Assembly: GCA_002256025.1 (NCBI GenBank)
Contig: NKIB01005371.1
Location: 112,824-132,823, forward strand
Length of the DNA stretch: 20,000 bases
Direction: 5' to 3'
DNA from: Asterionella formosa
Lineage: Eukaryota
This document shows positions 1-7,259 of this stretch, in pieces; the first letter of the stretch is position 1, and each line of letters opens with the position of its first letter. The position numbers and the translations under genes were made by a program. The notes beneath the pieces were generated by a model. That model searched no databases. It saw only the letters and a program-made list of their open reading frames with translations, and was not told the DNA's origin.

Positions 1-1
1 T

Positions 2-983
2 AATTGGTATCATCAGATGTTAGCTCATGTGGGTATGACAAGATTAAATGCTACAATTGCTACACATTTTTATCACCCTACATTAAAAGCAAGAGTGGAA
101 CATATTGTAAGAGTATGTGAAGCATGTCAACGTACAAAATTACCTGGTACTGGTTTTGGTGATCTTCCACCCAGGAATGCATTATTATTACCATGGTCAG
201 AAGTCGCAGTAGATCTAATTGGTCCACGGAAAATAACAGTGGCTACTCAAGCAATTGAATTTCGTGCTTTAACTTGTATTGATACGGTCACCAATTTGGC
301 AGAAATTTCATCTTTCAATAACAAAACATCAGAATATATTGCAATGAAATTTGAAAATGATTGGTTAGCCAGATATCCCTGTCCAGAACGTTGTATACAT
401 GACAATGGAGGTGAATTTACTTTTGCTCCTTTCTTAGCTACACATGTTGGTGTTGAATGGAATCAAAGATGTGACTACTACAGTCAAGAATCCACAAGCA
501 AATGCTATCTGTGAACGTTTACATCAATCTATCAGTAATAGTCTACGAGTTATGTTGAAGGCTCACCCTCCAATGAATGAATTTCAAGCCCAAAATATTG
601 TGGATACATGTTTTGCAACTGCATCATATGCAGCTCGAACTACTATTCATAGTATATTATGTCTTTCACCAGGTGCATGGGTTTTTCAACGTGATATGAT
701 AATAAATATTCCTTTGATTACAGATTTACAATTGATACATCAATGTCGACAAGTTATCATTGACGAACGCTTACGTCGTGTTAATTTCTGTCATCGATCT
801 TATGATTACAAAGTGGGTGATGAGATTTTAATACTTTTGGATAATCCTACTACTTTGGATGATCATGGACGAGGTCCTTATACTATAATTCAAGTCCATG
901 CCAATGGTACAGTTACTTTTCAACGCACTATGCATATTACAGAACGAATTAATATTCGTCGTGTCAAACCTTTTCATAGGTGA
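2..983 (+). mobile_element. Ty3/gypsy LTR retrotransposon pol, integrase region (5'-truncated by window edge; frameshift at ~434-438)
   Basis: Zn-finger WYHQMLAH...CEAC, catalytic core VAVDLIGP / HDNGGEF / NPQANAICER, and C-terminal GPY motif (GRGPYTIIQVHANGTV...INIRRVKPF). ORFs 17..514 and 444..983 join into GGEFTFAPFLHMLVLNGI if ~4 nt near 434-438 are removed. Integrase directly followed by PPT/LTR is the gypsy domain order. Confidence 0.92.
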
Positions 984-996
984 AAGGTTTTCCCTT

Positions 997-1009
997 AAGT
1001 GTGGGAGAG
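997..1009 (+). promoter_or_regulatory. Polypurine tract of the gypsy element
   Basis: AAGTGTGGGAGAG lies 13 nt after the integrase stop and immediately before TG. Confidence 0.7.
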
Positions 1010-1140
1010 TGAGCGATCCTGCACATCGATACAGATGTATATAGGGTTAAGGTTTTATCAAATATATCAGAACTCGACTAACACCTATTGTATACTTTGA
1101 TGTCAACTTGGGATACATATTCTTAAGATTAATTAGCTCA
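1010..1140 (+). repeat. Putative 3' LTR (131 bp) of the gypsy element
   Basis: Starts TGAGC directly after the PPT and ends GCTCA (5-bp terminal inverted repeat, TG...CA). The 5' LTR is outside the window, so the right boundary is inferred. Confidence 0.65.
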
Positions 1141-1531
1141 TATATTCAACAAATACTACTACCGGTACTTCTAGTTAGATACGTCACCTGGTACTATATA
1201 CGTAGAGCCTCCTAATGTTTTTGCATGTTGTTAAGGTGGACTACGGGTATTTAGCGTTGACTGAAATCATAATTACTTTTTTACTATACATTATTTTGAT
1301 ATAATTTCTTTTATACATGCATACCCCGAAAACTGCTTCGTTGCTTGAACATGTGGTTCAATAAACAGTTCTGCCACCGGTGCCTGGTACCTACTGCATA
1401 AGTCAAACTGATCAGCATGGTCATGTTTTTGGTCTCCATTTCTCCTTGCATTATTATGCATTAGCTTGTAATATAAGTACTGACAGTGCGAAATAGTCCA
1501 CAAAAATACTTCCAACCAGCCAATAAGTATA

Positions 1532-2698
1532 ATGAGATTCACAACCAAAATTCTGCCCTCCGTCTCCGGCAATCTCGGAATTATCGAACTCAATAATCCC
1601 AAAGCCCTGCATGCTCTCACACTCGACATGGTGCACGCCATGCAAGATGTGTACTCAGAATGGCACAAGGCGTCCTCCATCAAAGCCATTCTTCTCAAAG
1701 GATCCAAAGATACGTCACGGCACACCTTTTGTGCCGGGGGAGACGTCAAGCAAGTCTATGCGTCCATCGTAGGACAACAAGAACACCAACACTTACATGG
1801 ACACGGAATTACTGGCCTTTACAGTAGCGAAATGTTTCGACAAGAGTATATTGTCAATCATGCGATTGCCACCTCTACTACACCACAAATATCGCTCTGG
1901 GATGGTGTCGTAATGGGAGGTGGGGTTGGAATTAGTATTCATGGTAAATACCGAGTTGCGACGCAACATACGACCTTGGCTATGCCGGAAACTGCCATTG
2001 GGATCTTTCCAGATGTCGGGAGCATGTATTGGATGCCGAGAATGTTGAAGGGCGGACTTTCCGCTTATGTTGCATTGACTGGGGCGAGGTTGGGCCCATC
2101 GGACTTATTGTATACGGGTTTGGCCACACATTATGTGGCGTCGGAACGGTTGGAGGACCTGCAAGTAGCTTTGGTGGAGGCAACTAAGCATTTGAAGGAA
2201 ACGGAAGTGACAAAAGATGTGGTGGCACCAGTACTCATGTCCTTTCACGAGATGCCACCCATAAATCCACGAGAGTCGTTTGTAGCAAAGCACAAGCAAG
2301 TCATTAATGACGTGTTCGCCGGATCAGATTCGATCGAACTCATTGTCGCGAAACTGAATGACCTCGATTCAGAATTTGGTCGCAAGACGCTCAAAACTAT
2401 GAATGCAATGTCTCCAACAAGCTTAAAAGTCACATTGGAAGGGCTCAAGCGGGGAGCTCAAATGAACAATATTGGCGAAGACTTGCAAATGGAATTTAGA
2501 ATGATGCAACGGTTCATGCTGACAGGATCAGATGCAATTGAAGGAATTCGAGCTGTGCTCGTCGACAAGGATCAAGCCCCAAACTGGAATCCAGCAACAC
2601 TGGCAGACGTCACGGACGACATGGTCCAGTCCTACTTTGAACCATTAGGAGAGAATGATTGGGTTATTCCAGCAGAGGTCGAAGTATCCAAGTTGTAG
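1532..2698 (+). CDS. HIBCH: 3-hydroxyisobutyryl-CoA hydrolase (crotonase superfamily), C-terminal PTS1 SKL
   Basis: 388-aa ORF with LNNPKALHAL, FCAGGDVK, WDGVVMGGGVG, AMPETAIGIFPDVG (catalytic Glu/Asp), MSPTSLKVT and EGIRAVLVDKDQAPNW. Ends EVSKL*. Confidence 0.95.
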   Translation: MRFTTKILPSVSGNLGIIELNNPKALHALTLDMVHAMQDVYSEWHKASSIKAILLKGSKDTSRHTFCAGGDVKQVYASIVGQQEHQHLHGHGITGLYSSEMFRQEYIVNHAIATSTTPQISLWDGVVMGGGVGISIHGKYRVATQHTTLAMPETAIGIFPDVGSMYWMPRMLKGGLSAYVALTGARLGPSDLLYTGLATHYVASERLEDLQVALVEATKHLKETEVTKDVVAPVLMSFHEMPPINPRESFVAKHKQVINDVFAGSDSIELIVAKLNDLDSEFGRKTLKTMNAMSPTSLKVTLEGLKRGAQMNNIGEDLQMEFRMMQRFMLTGSDAIEGIRAVLVDKDQAPNWNPATLADVTDDMVQSYFEPLGENDWVIPAEVEVSKL

Positions 2699-3372
2699 AA
2701 CACTAGACTACTGGAATGCGATGGCGTACTTCCTACTGGTAGAACTCCACTGGTATTCTCCTGCCAAACATACTGGCAGGAGCTAGCACTAGCAGTAGGC
2801 GATGAAGTCTTGTATTTTCTGTAGATTGGCCTTTCTCCTGCATTTTGCATAACTGTTCCCACCATTTGCTTACTCCTTGATAGAAAATAACACTCCATGA
2901 TTTAGAGTGGTGTCACTGCTTGGGTAGGTCCAATGACCATTCATATTCATCCAAATACGCCTGCTCACTATAAACCAGGAACATTGTTGGCGAAAGCTGT
3001 AGGCTGTGCAGCATATTCTTTGCTGGTACCCATAACCAGTCTGAACCACTTATGATAACAGACTGCTGTAAATTGGCTTATAACAGGATACTTAAGATGT
3101 ATAATAAATGCATCAGTTTATAGAGACCAATACTATCAGAAGTAAATGCGAAACCCCCGCGAAAAAGAAAACAAGGGAGACATCCATGGTGGGTCCAGAA
3201 GAAAAACACGATATCAACTAGGTATGGGTATCTGCAAAGGCACAAATGCAATTTTTAGTTAGTTTAAATGTACTTGTTTAAATCTTAGTAGTGAAGTAAA
3301 ATAATACCTGCACATATAATATGAATCATTTCAACAACAAACAGCAGGTCAACAACAATCAACAGTTGCCGC

Positions 3373-3554
3373 GATGGAGAGTTGCTTGGTCTGAATACTC
3401 CCACTAATGGGCGCTCATGAAAGCTACATGAATGCTGTGGGAAGTTATTGAAGACAGATGATGTTATCAGATTCAAGCTGACTGCCTGTTGTGGAGGATA
3501 GTATATCAGCCAGGCAAGCCATTGGAGACCATCAAGGCTCTCATCATCAAAGAT
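3373..3554 (+). pseudogene. Degraded ORF fragment with Cys/His motif (DGELLGL-x4-NGRS*KLHECCG-x5-DDVIRF...ETIKALIIKD)
   Basis: Protein-like frame with in-frame TGA at 3418-3420 and frameshift(s) after ~3486. From memory it resembles a small repeated diatom hypothetical family; not verified. Confidence 0.4.
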
Positions 3555-3863
3555 GTATCAGTCTGCATTCTATACTATATACTGTTACATTGTAGAACAG
3601 TAAATAGAGTTTAGAATCATTTCTTTTAACAAATATAGTGATTCATATAAACTATAGTTCTGCTAGCTTCAACACGTCAAATGGAATCGAAAATTATCAT
3701 TTGAGCTATTTCACATTGATGCTATGTATTACGTCTACAAATCAAAAATTCAAAAGTATAGCATGCTTGAACAGACAATAAAATTACATTTCTAGTCACA
3801 TCTACACTTTTTGAACATTTTAACAAACCGAATTCTGAAAAGTGTTCAAAATCGTGGTTTGTG

Positions 3864-3986
3864 ACACCCTCTTGCCCAAGCTGTCCAGACCCACTGAGAT
3901 AAATCCTCACGCGTCACCTTTGTGCGATAAGGATTTGTGACCATCCAGTTCTCATAGGGATCCAAAACTTGGCCCTTAAAGGGCGT
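3864..3986 (-). other. Long imperfect stem-loop (candidate structured RNA or decayed foldback)
   Basis: Minus-strand nested helices ACGCCCT/AGGGTGT, CCAAGTT/AGCTTGG, GGATCC/GGGTCT, TGAGA/TCTCA, AAATCCTTA/TGAGGATTT, CGC/GCG. Confidence 0.55.
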
Positions 3987-4450
3987 ATTGAACCCAATGT
4001 CCAACACCAGTAGTTTATAGTTGTATTTGCATTCGCTGGAAAACCATTTATGTCGACAAGATAAGATTTGTAAGTGCTCTTGTTAGATCAATGCTCAACT
4101 GTTCGAAGTTAACGGACACATGTGTGTTATTAATCTTTCAGGATAATTTTAATCAAACAGTTTTGTTGTAAGTTATAAATTGCAATGGTGGAAAGATTTA
4201 TTGATGTTTACTTATGCGAATTTCGACTGACACATTATTTTTCAGAATTATTTGAAAAGTTCATCAGTTTCTGGTAAGTGAAGCATGATAAAATGGAACT
4301 TCGATGTTGAGGTTTAAACAAGACATGGCTAACGAGCTATTCCTTCTCATCGTTAGTATGATTAGGAAATAAAGATCGATATAACAATGGAACAGTGCAT
4401 GAGAATTCAGAATCGGAGCAAAAGGAAAGGGCAGGTGAGGAAACGAAAAT

Positions 4451-4569
4451 ACCTTGTATTGGAATCCAATACAAGGTGAAAAAGTAATTTACCAAAAAAA
4501 ATAAGGTTGACCTTGTATTGGCTAGCTTCGTCGTTAGGGTTGCGAATCCGTGGTCTTGCCAATACAAGG
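4451..4569. repeat. Two inverted pairs of the CCTTGTATTGG motif
   Basis: ACCTTGTATTGGA-a-TCCAATACAAGGT (4451-4477, perfect 13-bp arms) and CCTTGTATTGGC...GCCAATACAAGG (4511-4522 / 4558-4569). Confidence 0.9.
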
Positions 4570-5116
4570 AAATAGGCTCTTTTTTCCAATAGAAGATATG
4601 AATTCACAGGCAATTTTTTGGTATGCCCAAGAAAGTCTTGGGACCTACATGCTACGGCGTTAAACAATTTCAATTCCTTAAGCATGGCATCTTACCTATT
4701 ATTATGAGCATTCCCTGTTCAACTGGTGGAGGTGTGTGAAAGAGTGAGACAATGGTTTCCGGACATCGTTGTAAAGGATAAGAAATTTAACTTGGAGATA
4801 TTATTTTTGTGATGCCAATAAATAGCGTCGACCCAGTGATGATTTCTCGGGGTGTATATACTATACTATTACTTTACACAGTCAGTATTAGTACAGAATA
4901 ATTTGAATTAGAACATATCATTCCCAGCCAGATAAATTAAAATTTGAAAGTATTCATTACTGTATGATAACATGAAGAACACAAAATGACAGTTTCATAT
5001 GATCAATACCCATTACAGACACATAGCCAAAATTTTGAAAATTTTGAAAGACTGAATGACCATATAGATAAAAATAACGGTTTTATCAATATGCATCATA
5101 CTATATGACATCGTAT

Positions 5117-5497
5117 GTAAAGGAATGGCTTAGTGATTTAGCACGTGGCCTTTGATCTGAGGTTGTGACGTTGCTTCGATTCCCGCAATTATTTTTACAT
5201 GCAATTGTTGGGTTCGACTCCCACACTCCTTACTGTCCCGCACGGTCTTGCCTGCCTGAGGTGCAAGAAATAGTGGGTTTCCCCCCTACAAGCAGCTTGT
5301 GTCGCCTTCCTAGGCGGTGGGAGTTTCCCCCTAACGCTGCGGCTAAGATGATAACCATTCGTGAAAGGTGATTGGGGACTCACCTACACTAACAAAACTA
5401 GGGAAGCACAGGTCTTGTCAGTACTAGCTAGGTAGCACAACGCAATACTTGCCTTGAAATAGGGAAGTATGAATGGGATACAAAACATGCTAACTTT
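5117..5497 (+). mobile_element. Putative tRNA-derived SINE or Pol III structured RNA
   Basis: A-box-like TGGCTTAGTGA (5126-5136), B-box GGTTCGACTCC (5211-5221), acceptor-stem-like GTAAAGGA (5117)/TCCTTAC (5227-5233), GC-richer structured body, and flanking near-direct repeat TATGACATCGTATGTA (5104-5119)/TATGACATAATATGTA (5498-5513). Confidence 0.55.
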
Positions 5498-5553
5498 TAT
5501 GACATAATATGTACACTTTACCAGGACTATAGACCAATGAAGGATCAATCTTC

Positions 5554-5769
5554 AATTGCAAAATATTGTCACCGTGTATTTGGACTTATGATCTTGTATT
5601 GGGATGAGACGTAGTACTGCCAAAACCCAATACAGGGGCAACTTTGAATTAGAAAATATTGTCACCTTGTATTGGAACTCATGACCTTGTATTGGGATGT
5701 GACGTAGTACAGCCAAAACCCAGTACAGGGGCAACCTTGAATTGCAAAATGTCGCCACCTTGTATTGGG
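5554..5769. repeat. 93-bp tandem repeat, ~2.3 units, built from CCTTGTATTGG motifs
   Basis: Units start at 5554, 5647 and 5740. Each full unit has two forward copies and one inverted copy (CCCAATACAGG / CCCAGTACAGG) of the motif. Confidence 0.92.
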
Positions 5770-6472
5770 AAATAAACAGAGCCCTACTACCGGTATATGC
5801 ACCTGTAATTCTTGCACAGAGGGAGTACCACAGGTACAGATACTGTTGCTCACTACCAGTACAACCAATTACACCATTCATAAATGCTGTACTGGTTTAT
5901 TTCAAGACTTATACATGGACCTTTTACATGATGATAGTAAGAAAGTAAGAAATAAATAGTAGACCACCAGTACTGGAGTAGAGTTTACCTGGGGTTGCTT
6001 TGAATGATAGAATTCGGCTTGAGGGCTGTGGCTAAGAATTCTCCATAACAATTCATTTTTCTCTGCTATACGGTATGTTGTAGGAGTACAGTACTGACAA
6101 ACTATTTTACCCATAGCGATCTTTCTGGCCGAAAAGAACTCTAGTCTAACCGGCCTCGTTCAATTCCCATCCCAGTAGGTTGGAGTACCTACAAGTTGCA
6201 GTCATTTTGCTTAAATAAACAATTTAATATGAAGTAAAGATAGCTAAATAGTTCGTTTCAGTGCTGATACCAGGTAGCTGGTAGCATGAATGTTACCCCA
6301 ATACACCTCATGTTTGGTGTAGGTACTGGAATGTACATTCAAATTTTGTATTCATGTACCGGTAGACTACTGACAGATTGCCGGTACTTGAACATTCCTC
6401 AATATTTTATACACCGGCATATAAACCTGTAGTGTATATCACAGTATAATGATATGTGGGTGGTACATACCC

Positions 6473-6565
6473 CCTGGTACCAGCTACCGCACCTGGTACT
6501 CCTGAGTGCCCTGGTAGGTACCGAAATAACGGTTGCTGGTGTACCAGGAGCCTGGTGCCTGGTAC
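6473..6565. repeat. Cluster of CCTGGTAC/GTACCAGG motifs upstream of the FHA-RING gene
   Basis: CCTGGTAC at 6473, 6492 and 6558, GTACCAGG at 6541, variants at 6510 and 6551. Confidence 0.7.
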
Positions 6566-7259
6566 TACATAGAAAGACCAAGAAGTTTTGGAAAATCATG
6601 GGTTTTATCTACCTTCTGTATTCAAACACGAATATTTGTGTTGATTAAATTCTTGCTTTCTTTGTCTTGCGATTTCTTTCGTTGTGGGTCTGATTTTATC
6701 AGAGAAGTTTTCTATGCTGGCTGGCGTTTTAGGCGTTGCTGGTTGTTCATAGGCAAATTTGTGTCTATCGCATCATTGTAATAGTACTGGTACCTTGCAT
6801 AATTTTGTACTTTTGTTTTTGTCGTCGTCGTTTGCAGAGACTGTTGCCATTCTTAAAGAAAGGACTTGACAAATCAATCAGTAAATCAGTAAGATCAAGC
6901 AGGTGTTGCCATTTGAATCTGCAGCCTTGATTTGAATTGTTTTTGTTTTGTTGGAAGGGGCATTTCATTTCATTTCTAAATACATTCCCGCGGTCACGAG
7001 GCTATTCTGGTACTGTACCAAGTAGAATCCACCTGCTATTTTCAAGGCCCATCGCCATTGAATTTACTCAACATTTGAATCCTCTGTTGTTCACCAAGGC
7101 TTGATACAGTGAACTTCGTTTTATTCATAACAGAAGGAACAAATTAATTAAGAAATCCATCAACCACCATAACCAGAAACCGAAGGAGTAGTCAAGGAAG
7201 ACAAAACTCCGGCGAAAACGAATTTATTGCTTGCCCTGGATACGAACCGCCCATACGCC

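Noticed and set aside
5..12. TGGTATCA resembling a tRNA-Met primer-binding site
   Set aside because: It encodes the W-Y-H of the integrase zinc finger in frame and is not adjacent to a 5' LTR.
1291..1749. 152-aa minus-strand ORF
   Set aside because: Antisense shadow of HIBCH and its promoter; no motif.
2758..2792. Perfect 9-bp hairpin CTCCTGCCA/TGGCAGGAG followed by CTAG (Helitron 3'-end-like)
   Set aside because: CTAG is not followed by T, the spacing is atypical and no Helitron 5' end is evident. More likely an incidental 3' UTR hairpin.
5329..5335. CCCTAAC as a telomerase RNA template; also SRP- and RNase P-like words at 5417-5494
   Set aside because: The template is too short, the SRP CAGG is absent (CAGT), and there is no RNase P CR-I/P4 partner.
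5216..5352. HDV-like ribozyme (GCC-loop-GGC, GGCTAAG)
   Set aside because: The candidate P1 3' strand is not followed by the P1.1 GG and P2 is weak; I could not build the double pseudoknot.
4451..5769. CRISPR-like reading of the CCTTGTATTGG repeats
   Set aside because: Repeats are too short and in both orientations, the spacers are themselves repeated, the context is eukaryotic and there are no cas genes.
5985..5992. TTACCTGG resembling the U1 snRNA 5' end
   Set aside because: No ATAC prefix, stem-loop I motif or correctly placed Sm site.
6127..6168. Weak A-box/B-box-like words (TGGCCGAA...GTTCAATTCC)
   Set aside because: No cloverleaf stems can be formed.
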